Shown here in pieces: positions 38,827-51,018 of a stretch of DNA of 64,000 nucleotides; within the stretch, counting starts at the first letter, position 1, and each line of letters begins with the position of its first letter. Source of the DNA: Narcine bancroftii (lineage: Eukaryota); contig NC_091470.1 of the NCBI RefSeq assembly GCF_036971445.1, positions 291,710,001 through 291,774,000 on the forward strand. The letters run 5' to 3'. The notes below the pieces were generated by a model, which had not been told where the DNA came from, searched no databases, and saw only the letters and a program-made list of their open reading frames with translations. Position numbers and translations under genes: made by a program.

Positions 38827-39299
38827 TATTAATTATTTGTATCCCCTTGTTTCCCCCCCCCCCCCCCCCCCCCATCGTAACACCTACAGCTTATGTTCTA
38901 TTCTTCGTGTGTGAAAGAGTTGTGACTTCCTGGGAACATTTACTGTTTATGCAGGTACACAGCAATTATTGCTGTTACTTTGACATAATTTGACATGTGT
39001 CAAATTCTTCTATTGGTTGGAATTTTTTACTCACATGATGGTAGAAATATTGTTACTTTCTCTAAGCGGCTCTTGAACCAAAGTCCTAAGGTACAATATT
39101 TATAGTTCATTGCAGATCTATTGACTGTGCAGTCATATGCCACTTTGAAACACAAGAATTCATTTGATTCCAAAGAAATGCCAAATTTCTTCAGTGACAG
39201 TGCAATTATTAATTTTTGAAATGGAGGTCATAATGCTAGGTTATTTAAAATCATGTTAGCAGATTCTAAATATTTTTTGATATTCTTTCTTACATTTAG

Positions 39300-40216
39300 G
39301 TTTGGCAGATGGCAAACACTTCACACTTCCACACCTTCCTGGTAAAACATTTGTGTATAATGGGACAGATGATAGATTGGAGCTGTGTATTGATCCGGCA
39401 GGGCACATTCCCATTGGACCTGACATTGACAATATGATCAAAGAGGCCTTAAGTCAGTTACGGTCTGAGGGAGGACCAAGAAGTAGAGAGGGAAGTCCTT
39501 CCTCACATGGAGGGATGAAACTTGGAAGTGGAGGAGTAGTGCGAAAAAAGTCTGAACAAATGCCAAATGTCACAGCTTTTCAGGGAAAAGGCCATTCCCT
39601 GGGGACTGCTTCAAGTAGTCCACAGTTGGAGCAGAGGCATAGCAGGGAAATGCAGATGCCTAGAAAACAAACTACAGCCACTTCCTCAGCAACAGATCTT
39701 AATTGTGCGATTGGCAAGTCTAGTCCCAAGCAAGGAGCTTCTCCACCTAAATCCAGTGTTGGAGATTGTCATCTAATACGAATGGCACCAGGCTTTGTAA
39801 CAATGAGAGATGGTAGACAACTTGACCCTAATTTAGTTGAAGCACAACGTAAGAAATTGCAGGAAATGGTATCTTCTATTCAAGCATCCATGGATAAACA
39901 CTGGAGAGACCAGAGTGCAGAAGAATCAATTCCTAGTGATATCCATGAAACAAAAGTGCATTCAACAACTTCCTCTGTTCCATTAATAACGCGAACTGAA
40001 ATTCTTCAAATGGATGCCCGAGACCAACTACCAGCCACTCCACAAGCAGGGGAATATGACAATTTGGGTATGGAAACAACAGCTGGCGTGGAACTGTTAT
40101 CCTATTCAACCATACCATCAAGCAAGGTACACGATCCAGCCCTTTTGAATGAAGATCTTGAAGAAATGGATAGTCAAGAAATAGAAGGAACTGTTGAACC
40201 CATGGATCATTCTTGA
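39300..40216 (+). CDS. VCPIP1: VCPIP1 coding exon 3 (terminal)
   Basis: Acceptor ttctttcttacatttag|; LADGKHFTLPHLPGKTFVYN…AFQGKGHSLG…EAQRKKLQEMVSSIQASMDKH…EPMDHS* matches the VCPIP1 C-terminus. Confidence 0.96.
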
Positions 40217-40306
40217 TTTCATATGGAGATGCATATTATAAAGCTTGGTGAGTCTCAAAAAAGTATCTGAGTTTCTTGTAACTATAGAAATGTATTGTTA
40301 AAAGGA

Positions 40307-40595
40307 ATAAAAGTAATGAATGTTTTTGGAGCACCCATTTAAGAATCTGTGCCTCATACAGTTTATTCTGTAAGCTGAGAGAAAAACTAAGAAAATAATG
40401 ATTAAGAATACTAACGCAGTGTAACTAGTTACTATAAAATTAATTTTTATATTAGCCAGTTTCCCTTTGTTTAAACTTGACCATGAGATTTAAGTTTGAT
40501 TTCCCTTGTACATGCAGAGGTGAAAATGATAGATTAAATTGCAGAGTATGATCCTTCTGCCCTTTCAACCTTGTTTTCTGCCCTTATGAAATAAA
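40307..40595 (+). terminator. Candidate proximal poly(A) signals of VCPIP1 (AATAAA at ~40307 and ~40590)
   Basis: Canonical hexamers within 400 nt of the stop codon; usage unproven. Confidence 0.35.
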
Positions 40596-40669
40596 AGTAT
40601 TGTATAAAATAATTATTGTCAAAATTGTTTGCCTTATCCTCCCTTTATTTGAACTCTAAAATGACAATA

Positions 40670-40965
40670 GTGTTTCAGCTGGTGGAACTGCTGCCTTAGT
40701 TTGGTGACCCGAGTTCAAACCTAATCATATGTGTAGAGTTTCCACTTGGTCCCTGTGATGGCTGAGGTTGCCCCTTACTTCCCAAAGACTGATTAGTGGA
40801 TTAATTGGCCACTGTAAATTACTCCTTGTGTATTGAGTGGTAGACTCTGAGGAGATATGGTGGGATTGTCAGAAAATTAAAATGGGATTGGTGTAATCAA
40901 GTGTTCGATGGTTGGTGAGGACTTGCAGGACCAAAAGTGTTATTTCCATCTTGTATTCGATGATT
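40670..40965 (+). mobile_element. tRNA-derived SINE (V-SINE/HE1-like), degraded
   Basis: A-box/B-box-like head (…ggtggaactgctgcc…gacccgagttcaaac), central taattggccactgtaaattactcc, CR1-like tail. Confidence 0.65.
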
Positions 40966-41559
40966 CTAAGGTGGACCAAGTTTTGCTGTTGTTGTTTTTC
41001 TTTTATGAAGAAAAAAACGCTGAAAACCTTCATGCAGCATCCATGGAAAGAGAAACATTTAACATTTCAGATCCACTATCTTTGATCAGAGTTGGGAAAG
41101 AAAGAAAAGAAACTTAGTTTATAGTTGCAAAGAGAATTGGGAGGAATAGATAGAACAAATGGAGCATCTTTATTGGAATAAATACAAAGTAGCATTTAGA
41201 AGCACATTATATTTCTTTGTCTGTCTGAATAGGTCTGTGAGATATGCCCAGCATGCGAGGTTATAAAGAGCAAAAGGCTGAACCAATATCACAGATGGAT
41301 GACTAGCAGAACTAACTGGTTCTGATAGAGCATTTTAATAACAGTTGAATAATTTAATAAAGTCTGGAAGGCTGCATTTTGCCCAAATGTTGGGGTGGAA
41401 GGCATGGACCAAGGGAACTGTGCTTGCTCTGCCCAGGAGGAGAGTGGTGTGGAAAAATCAGCAATAGTAGTGGGGAAGCCATAGTTCGGGAAGAATCCTA
41501 ATTTTCCTACTTCGGTCCCTGCAGCATTTTGTTTTTTTTTTTCTCCAGGTCATGGAGAT

Positions 41560-42290
41560 GATGAGGCAGGAGGAAATTAATCTGGAGAAGATATTAAAAA
41601 GGTGGATTACACTTGATGTAAATAATTTCCTGTCTCCAGATAGAATGCATTCTAGTTTGCTTAGAGAAGGAAGAGTGGCAACTGCAGACTGTCATAATTG
41701 ACTAATCCTCCATAGATACCGGGAGAAGTGCCAGAGGACTGGAGAAAACCAAATGTGACATCTTTTTCTCAAAATTTGTTCCATGATAAGGCAGTCAAGC
41801 AAGACATGGTATTTAATACAGAGAAGTGTGAGGTGATACATACTGGGCAAAATAATGAAGACTTGTTGGGACAGTTCTAATAAGTATGGAGAAATAGTGG
41901 TACCTATGGGGGAAATGTATACAAATCATTGAAAAATATATTGTGAGCTTGATTTGTAAAATATTGAGCAAGGGGGAAAAACAATAGCAGGGAGCTTATT
42001 ATGATCCTTAATAAACTTGGAATATTTAGTCCAGTTCTGGTCACTGCACTTTAGGAAAGGTATGTAGTTCCTAAAGAGTGCAGAAGATATTTACTGGAAT
42101 GATGCTGTGAAGGGAGATCTCAGTTACAAAGTTTCAGGTTTCAGGCAGAATCAAAATAGGTACTGACGAGCTTTCACCTGGGGTGCTATGTACAATTTGG
42201 GTTCCCTTATCAAAGAAAGGAATTACTGGGACCAAAAGAGATTTGCTATGCTGATCCCTGGGATGAGAAAATTGTCCCATCATGAAGCAG
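41560..42290 (+). mobile_element. Highly degraded CR1 fragments
   Basis: gaagtgccagaggactggaga…aatgtgac; tttaatacagagaagtgtgaggtgata; ccagttctggtcactgcactttaggaagg-like phrases. Confidence 0.6.
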
Positions 42291-43381
42291 TTGAATCACT
42301 GGTAAAGTTGACTTAATGAGATCTCTAATATGAATTTACATCAATTAAACATAACCTAACCCATTCTGGTTATTACAAGTTACAAAATTAAAAAGTAGAA
42401 ATTTGGTTTTTGTTTTAGAGAAAAAATGCAACACTCTGTTAGAGTTTAATAATATCTAATTTGGTCTGAGATTAGTGCATCTGAAATCAATGTTTATTAT
42501 TAACATACAGATTATGAATTCAAACATTTTATGGGACTAATCTATTTCATTTCAGATCTCATGAAACAATAGCAATTCAGTTCATTAACACATGATAATA
42601 ATTTAAGAAGCCACAAACTGTATAGAACCTGAAAATGTAAAAAATTATTAAAAAAGAACAAACCTGTTAATTTTCTTTGCATGCTTTAATACACTTCATA
42701 CCAAACGCTGGTATGCCTAAATCTGATCATTTTTTGGAGTAAATTCCAGCCTAATTTTACATAGACGCATACAAAAATACATTCATTCAGTTATTTGAGG
42801 CAGCTAATGAAGAAAAACAGTCTTAATTTATCCCCTTGCGTGTTTTAACCATTTATACAATGCCATTTAGAGTAGACTGCAAGTGGCTATTGAAAAATCA
42901 TCATGGTTAACAAAAGATCAGAATTAAAATAAGAAACCTTGTAATCAGAGAGAAAAAATGGAGTTGAGTAAGAGTTACCAAAGGTTTTAATTTAAAGGCA
43001 GGGGATATTGTGGAATGTGTGAAACACAACCACAATATTGGCTAAAAGTGAATCCCCTTCATTTAGTTTGCATCTGTTCCTTCTGTAATCATGTATCACA
43101 ACAAACAACAGGTCATTATGTTATTATGTTAAATCTTATTGGAACACTTTTTTATTAGTAATAATCATGAATTACTTGGCAGGTGAGAGCATATTGGGAA
43201 AGAGAAACTGAATTGAGGTTGTTCTTTTTACATCAGCAATATTTTTATGTTTTCTTTTGAACATAGTTGATTATTTGACCCTCTAAGTCAATCCCATTCC
43301 CTTGTTTAGTTCCCTGTAGCTCATTCTTTCTCACATGATTAACAAGCCCCTATCTATGATCATATAGCTGTACTAGCCAAT

Positions 43382-43780
43382 CTGCATAGGAGAAGGCCAC
43401 TCCGATATAAAACCTACGACCCAAGGACCTCGCTGCCACGTCCCAGCTTGCTTGGCCACGGCACACGAACCATGGGTGTAAAGGGTGGGGCCAGTACTGC
43501 GCGCACTGCACTCCACCTAAAAGCTCCTTTGCGCAGGCCCGAGGACAGGTCCACGTCCTCCCCCTCAACGTCCTCCCCCTCCACGTCCTCCCCCTACAAA
43601 AGGCAAAGGAGGAAAAACCCAACACCCAACCCCAACCAACCAATTTTCCCTTGCAACCGCTGCAATCGTGTCTGCCTGTCCCGCATCGGACTGGTCAGCC
43701 ACAAACGAGCCTGCAGCTGACGTGGACTTTTTACCCCCTCCATAAATCTTCGTCCGCGAAGCCAAGCCAAAGAAAAGAAG
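43382..43780 (+). mobile_element. 399-bp non-autonomous RTE-derived element (putative 5'UTR part + 15-bp x3 repeat + RTE 3' end) with TSD
   Basis: 10-bp TSD ACTAGCCAAT (43372-81, 43781-90); 43596-43780 near-identical to the RTE tail at 12756-12927. Confidence 0.85.
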
Positions 43781-43790
43781 ACTAGCCAAT

Positions 43791-43927
43791 TATAGAGTGT
43801 CTATGATGTACTAAGAAACCAAAGCAAATGGTCACAATGGGAATATGACAACACTAGGGGACAAGACTGAACCCAGATTGGTGAAGCTGTGAGGCAGCAG
43901 TTCTACCTGCTGCTTCAGTGGGCTGCA
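43791..43927 (-). mobile_element. tRNA-derived SINE head (host of the RTE-derived insertion)
   Basis: Reverse strand gcagcaggtagaactgctgcctcacagc…ctgggttcag resembles the SINE head at 40670. Confidence 0.55.
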
Positions 43928-46900
43928 TTAATTTGAGGTACACAAAAAGCAAATCTAATTTAAGTACACAAAATGTTGCTTGCTTTAAGGCATCTTCTAA
44001 ATGAACTGAAAACCTTATCTGTTTGATTCTCAAAAATGTGATTAAAATTTGAGATTGTGCTCTTGCGCAGCTGGACTGAGGGGACCAAGGACTGAAGGAG
44101 GGGAATAATGAAGTAGATGAAGGAAGCAAAGATAATAATTCAACATCAGAATTAGCACATGTATTGAACAGAAGTTGAACAATTGTATTCAATTCTTAAT
44201 TCAGGCCAATGTTGTCAACGTTGTCAAGCCAATGTGTGCTGTTGGCCAGTTGGATGAACAAAGGTTAGATCTACAATTTTATGGTATTTTTCCATAGCCT
44301 TTTAAAGGCATCTCGTGGTGTATTACAGATGTACTTTGTTGGAAAAGAGAAAATGTCTGACTAGAGAAGGGAGAAAAAGATTTAATTTAAATTTAATTTA
44401 ATTGTTTGTCTAATTTCCCTCTTTCCCCAACCCATTTCCATCCAAGTTGACAGAGCTACCTTTGTACAAGAGTCGTGGCATCGCAAAAGGAACTCGTCGT
44501 GTTCAAAAGACTGAATCTGATTTAATTTCCCCATATATTGGATCTAACTAGATCATTCTTGATCATCCACAGAACATCTACCTTACTCCACAAAACATTT
44601 TTGTTAGTTTGTAATTTGATTCTGTTGTAAATGCAGCACTCAGTAAGACCTCTTTAATAAGATGAGTCTCCTAAGTACATATTTCCCTGATGCACTCAAA
44701 ATTGATTTTAACAATATTAGTTGGTGGTAATGTTTGTGCTTGAAATGAAATATTGAAATGTGAAGTTTTGAAGGTCATGTATGATGTCCATCTATTAACG
44801 AGATAAATATAATCCTTTTTTAGAAAGATGCAGACACACTATTCAATTTCCAGGCCTTGAGTGCTGGGACTGAGACTAGAACCTAGTATAATAAAGTTTT
44901 TGGTTTGGCACTTTGCATAAAAAAAGTTGTGTCAACTATTATAATTATTTAATACAAAATAAAAGTATCACAGAAACATTTGTGACAGTTTTGAGATTTG
45001 CAGTTTTTAGAAAAACATCTCTTCTAATTTAGATCAATTAGTGACAATGGAATGACCTGAAATTAAAATGTGCTCTCTGTGTTTAGTTTATTTCCCATGG
45101 TATGCTGATTAGTTTTGGTTGAGTCCTTGGGTGGGGATGCAATACTGTGAAAATTGCTGTGAAATTGATTGGTTCTACACTTGTAAATTTCTGCTTGGGC
45201 ATGGATTCAATTTTAGAATTTTGGGAATTCTGTACTGATATAAATGTTTTTTTTTCCTCCAGAAAGCAGAAATGGGGGGGAGGGGGGTGTGGATAATGCT
45301 TGAACTAAAGTTGTATCTTGGAGAAAATAATTCACTCTACTGAAACATTTGTTATTATCAAGACCAAATCATTTACAATTTTTTTCCATTTCCAGACCTT
45401 TTTTTTGATGCAATATCTTTTGATATTGAGGTCGGTATTGATATCCAAAATACTTTCCAAAATTTAACTTTAAAGCAAAATAATGTGAAGAAAAGTCCAA
45501 TTTCCTTTTTTATTTAAAACAACATGTACACACACAAGGTTTGAAGTGTTGGTTGGTTTTTTTACTTTCCTTTACCTATGTCAGCCAGCAATGTGATTCC
45601 ACAGGATATGTCAGGGTAGAGGTCACACTCTTTGATTTAAAGGACAATAAGTGCATCAGTCAGTAATTGGAATGCTTTAGAACAAAAATGTTGTTTATTT
45701 TGAACAAAAATGTAGAATGTGGCAGGTTTCAAAATGAAGACACCAGATTGACTAGCCACATATTTTCCAGTTGCTTAATTCATTTTCTGGAAGGATTATC
45801 TCACTTCATCCATTTCTCTTTTTAAAAAAAAAATCACCATAAATATTTAGTTGTTGCCTTTAACAAAAAAAATCCATTATTCACACTCAAAATTCCAAAT
45901 TGTATTAAACGTCTTGAGCACTTTATTCCACTTGGTGTGATACAAATACCAAGAAAGCAAAATTTTTTCATCTTCAGGGTGTCATGCTGTGATGTGCACG
46001 ATCCCTGACCATGGTAGTATTAATTGTAGTCCAATAGAGTGGTTGTTGACTTTTGCAGGTGGTTTTACAGTGGCTCTGAGTGGTGCATAAATATGATCAA
46101 GACAACTGTACTTTGTGATTGGGAATGAAAGAGCTACCAAATATGTTCTGATTTTTTCAAATGTGAATACCGCAGTATGAATAGGGAGATCGTTATGTGT
46201 GAAATCAAAATGCACAAATCTTAATTTTTTTTTCAAAAGTTTGCTTGAAATTCACAAACCCATCACAATACAATTGTAAAAGACTTGGTGGGATTAAAAA
46301 CTTATTATTTTTGCTTTGTGGAATCAAAGTTGAGAGTTTCTATTTCTGTTTAAACTGTGCTTTGAATAATCAGTATCACAGACAATTAGCCTTAATATTA
46401 ACAGTTGTTTTATTTTAAATAAATTTCCTGACATTTATAGTAATTGCAATGACAATTGTATTATTTTTAAGGATGCTTGGAGACTTTGTGTTTTTTTTAG
46501 AAACCATAAAGATTTGCATCCTTAAAATGCAAAAAAATGAATGTGCTTTCTGACAAATGTTGATTAAAATTCAAATTTCACAGGAATGATTTACTTTTCA
46601 TGGCTCTTTTCAAAATGTGCAGTTTGCTGACAGTTAGGGTTTTGAGCTATTTTAACAATTCATTTGCTTTTGAATTTGTTTTTAAATAATTTGGAGGATG
46701 GCAAGACAACTCCATTAAGTATATGCATTAAATTCATTGCCATTTTTTTTCTTGGGATTTTCAGCTTTATCCTTATAAAATAGCAGGTTTCATCCAGAAT
46801 ATTGTTGTCAGGCCTTCCTTCATTAGAATGAAATAACCAAAACACAAAATTTGAGACTTTGGATAAACTGTGCAAAGCAAGCCTAAAGTTAAATATCCCA

Positions 46901-47869
46901 CAAAAGCTGGAGATTTTCTTTTGCAGTGTTTTCCATCCAGTTATTGGAACTTATAAAGATGACCTTGAATTTGGATACTATAATGTATATATGGGTTATT
47001 TTTAATGGAGAACATGTCCTGTTTAAAAGAAAATGAAATAATTGATGAGAAATGTAAGGAAACATTTATGAGAGCAGGATGACACTGGCAAATGTTCAGC
47101 AAATTTGGTTTGTTTATATTTGTGGTTGCTGTACTTAATATCTGCAATGAATTACTCTATAATGTAACATCTGTATTATAATAGTATATATTGTACAGTA
47201 CTAAGTGACTTGTACAGTACTTGTTCTTTACTTGAATGCTATAAAATAAGTATATTCAATAAGCATCAGCTTGCTGTTGGCATGAGTTATGAGCATATAT
47301 ATTGAAGGTGCAATAAATTAATGTTTCCCGTGAATATTGTCCAAGTGTTTTAACATTTCAAATGGCTACAATATAGGTTGGCATGCAAGACTGAATTTGA
47401 ACACCCCAATTTGAAAATGACACCCCAAAACCAGGGGTCTTTTTGAATGCTAGGTTTAAAATCTAAACGTTATTATTGTATGGTTTAGAATGTTCCCCAT
47501 GGTGATGGAGAACAGCAAAAAACACTCATATAACTCCTACAGTCCTACCACTAAATATTTATCTACTAAAAGTTACATTTGGGAAGCTGGATTAATAGTA
47601 ATGTTAAATTAAAACTACAAAATGTATTATAAACCTGTTTAACATACCTTAAAATAACAGCAGTGACCAGTTACCTGTACTTTTGCCTAAGTGATGGCAC
47701 TAGTATATGCATTACACCACCATGTTTGATGCCCATTATGGTAGGTAATTGACTGTATTTTGCCATTACTTGAAATGAATTGGCAAATTTTAAATCACCA
47801 AGACTGTGTTGCTTAATAGTGTGTTTTAACAGCATCACTCCACTGGTTAGTGGGATGGTTGGTATAGAA

Positions 47870-48151
47870 CAGTGGTTTTCAAACTGACCCCCTAAACCCA
47901 CATTCCATCTTAAGCAATCCATATTGGCATAAGTGCTCTGTGATTAGTAAGGGATTGCTTAAGGTGGATTTTGGCCCATTTCCTTTGGAGTTATGAAACC
48001 ATGCACATAACGAGTCAATTAGTGGTTTTCTAACTTTTTCTTTCTACTCACATACCACCTTAAACAATCCCTTACTAATCACAGAGCACTTATGGCATAG
48101 GGATTGCTTAGGGTGGAATATGAGTTTATGGGGGCAGTTTGAAAACCACGG
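47870..48151. mobile_element. hAT-type palindromic MITE (possibly a composite of two)
   Basis: CAGTGGTTTTCAAACTG.CCCC…GGGGGCAGTTTGAAAACCACGG termini; ~95-bp inverted arms; 8-bp TSD not evident. Confidence 0.75.
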
Positions 48152-48759
48152 TTTTAAACTCTGATGAATAGTGGCCTAATCTATTATCCATCTATTATTG
48201 GCCAAATCTATCCATTATCTATAGAAATTTACAATATCTTTTCAAAATTAGATTACCTTTGTGCCATATGAAATAATGCTTCCATTTCCAAACTTTAAGA
48301 CCCTGATTCCACCTTGTTTTCTAGGATCATGCAAATCACAACTTTGTCTGCACATCCAGAGTCTGGACCCACTAACTGTGTATCTTTTAAATTTAATTTT
48401 ACTGTTCTTTAGTTAATGTAATAATCTCCACCTGGGCCCTCCATTCATGGTTCATTGTTTCCTATTCAAAATTCTGAAGAAATTTCATTTTTTTTCCCCT
48501 CCACAATGCTCTTGCATCCTGAAGTCCTCCTCTCGACCCTGAAATCCTTCACAACTCTATACTCTAATTGCATTGCTTCCGGATATAAGTATTAATCAAA
48601 ATGCTGCCACTTCAGGTGTCGAGTAAGTTTTCAAAGGCTCGGCCCTCAGGTGAGTCAGACGGTGTTTGGTTCCTGGATTTTTCCAGGACACTGCACATTA
48701 CTTGGGCTGATTTCAGTGTGTAAAGCTACTCCACCACAATCTAATTTTCCCCTGTCTCA

Positions 48760-49095
48760 CACCCATGACTTGTACTTTACTTGCATCCTTGTGCTTCTCT
48801 GAGACTTTTGAACGCCCCTATTCTGCCAAGCTTCACCGTGCCAATGCCTTCTAGGCACCCATCATCCACCAGGAAAAGGGTGTTGGCTCTCTATTCTATC
48901 TATGCCCTAGATCTGTTAACCTTGCTTCATATGACATGTTCTGCAATCTCCTCTGCACCCTCTCCAAATGAGGCAACCAGAACTGAATGCATTACTCCAA
49001 GTGTGGCCTAACTAGAGTTTTCTAGAGTTGCAAGATTAGTCAGGGATTTAGTTCAAGAGCTTTGAGGTAATAAAGGCCATCATACCATATAACTT
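48760..49095 (-). mobile_element. Degraded CR1 3' fragment
   Basis: caaccagaactg…tactccaagtgtggcctaactagagttt…aaggccatcatacca phrases. Confidence 0.55.
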
Positions 49096-49619
49096 AACCA
49101 ATTTGGGGAAACTTAATGTGCAGTTTATGGCCTCAATCTGTCTTAAATCAGAGGCAAATTTATACTGTTGTAGATATTATTGCCACATGTACCAAGGTAC
49201 AGAATCTTGTTTTTGCATACTATCCAGGCAAGTCAACCATATCTCATTGTATTATCCTCATTTTATGTTTAGGAATCCTAATGTTTCCCTACTCTATCTA
49301 CCCTGATTCCCTAATACTGCACATTTAACTTCTCCCAGTCCATTGTTTTGGTCATTTTATTTGGTTCCTTCGTCAAGTCATCCCTGATTTCTTTATTACT
49401 TAGTGCTGCAAATTTGCCAATGTTCCTCTGGCAGAATGAATAGAACTGAAAAATGAGAAGGCAGATAAACAGTAGTGGTGGTGTGGAAGCATAGCTACTT
49501 TGAAGGGATGAGAGGAAAATTCCAAAGAGTTAAATTTCCTCACGAGTACCACCATAAACTACTATTGCAAACATCTCTCATCTGGAAAGATAGAAAAGGT
49601 GAGAGACATGCTTTATGCC

Positions 49620-50960
49620 ACTTTTTATGCGATTTGCAGGAGGCTGAAGCACTGCTCGCAGCCCACAGGATGGCGCTGTCGCACTTCATTTCGCGCCGCT
49701 CGAATGCGGGGGGGGGGGTGGTGGAAGAGAAGCTTTTAAAAAGCGAAACTACAGTCCCCATCATGCATCGTGGTCATCGCGCCGCTCGGTACCGCCCCTG
49801 CAGATGTCACACTCGCGCTCGCGTCTCTGCCTCGCGCTCGCCGACCCGGCTTGTGCTCAGCCTATGAACGGTCAAGGACGCGTGCGCACATTCAAATGCG
49901 GTGGGCGAATGGTTGAGAGGGAGGCTGGCGCGAGATTTGGCGGGACTTCGAAACGGAGCTGGAGCGTGAAAGTGGCTGCGGGGGGCGGGGGAAAGGTTTG
50001 ACGGTGACTCGGCGCCTGGGAATATGGTGACTCCGCTCCTGGCACTCAGACAGCGAGCAGCGACCTTTTACTGGTCGGTGTCCCGCACCACAACCAAGTG
50101 ATCATTAGGCGCCGACTTTCCCAGAGTCGCGTCGTGAGTGATCAAGCGGACGAGGGAGCCCATCAGTCCCGGGCGGAAGCGGTCGCCGGTCAATGATGGC
50201 CAAGCGGGCTCGGGGGTGAGTGTCCGGCCGGCAATGGCTCCCCGAAACCGTCACCCGTCCCCGCGCCGTCTGCCTGCCTTCCCCACCAGACGAGAAGTGC
50301 GCCTCCTGCCAGCTGTCGGTCCGCGCCGCCTGCTTGCACTGACGCGGCTTCCCCGTCAAACAAGGTTGCTCAAACTTGTCTTTCCTCCGTGGGTTTAACT
50401 TTCATTATTGTTGTTAGGCATTTTGCATCAAAACACACCTTTTCACGGGGGTCTCCTGTGGACGAGGTTATTAAAAGTTGCTGGGAGAACCACTCCTGTC
50501 AAACGTGCATCAGGTGTTAGGCGCGAATTAGGAGAAATGCGCGCTTTAATCCATGTATCCTTCTCCGTGGAACGCTTGCCACATCAGTGCAAAACAAAAT
50601 AAAATCAACAAGCATCGCGACGACTGGGGCTTGGCTGCAATTGTTTCGGCTTCGGGCGACAACAGTGCGAGTCCATGAGCTGATCGCTTCATTCCTGAAA
50701 AGCCGCTCCGTAAGAATCTTTCAGTGTACCGTTTAGGCGCGTGTGCCGACATCTGCCGGGTGAGCGAGTGAAACGCGAAGAACGCACCGAAACGCTGGAG
50801 GACCTCAGCCCGCCTCGCAGCGTTGACGAGAGGTCAAGGTCCAGCTGTGGACGCGGTGACACCGGCCGAGTTCCTCCAACATCTCTCTCTGTCTGTCTGC
50901 GTGCGGGGTTTTCTTTTATCTTCAGGATTTTGAAGCGCCTTGAATGCACTCGTGTAATTT
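49620..50960 (+). promoter_or_regulatory. CpG-island promoter/first exon region of MYBL1 with E2F (49689-96, 49936-43), ZNF143/THAP11 (49748-67) and CHR-like (49891-96, 49947-52) elements
   Basis: High CpG density; TTTCGCGC, TTTGGCGG, ACTACAGTCCCCATCATGCA, TTCAAA and TTCGAA read directly. Confidence 0.8.
50196..50215 (+). CDS. MYBL1: MYBL1 coding exon 1 (MAKRAR-G; a second in-frame ATG at 50193)
   Basis: ATG GCC AAG CGG GCT CGG GG|gtgagt; 20-nt phase-2 coding exon corresponding to A-MYB MAKRSRS. Confidence 0.85.
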
Positions 50961-50970
50961 AATAAATAGT

Positions 50971-51018
50971 ACCCCTCCATAAATCTTCGTCCGCGAAGCC
51001 AAGCCAAAGAGAGAAGAG
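50971..51018 (+). mobile_element. Extreme 3' tail of RTE element (~48 bp)
   Basis: acccctccataaatcttcgtccgcgaagccaagccaaagagagaagag, essentially identical to the tails at ~12885 and ~43735. Confidence 0.8.
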
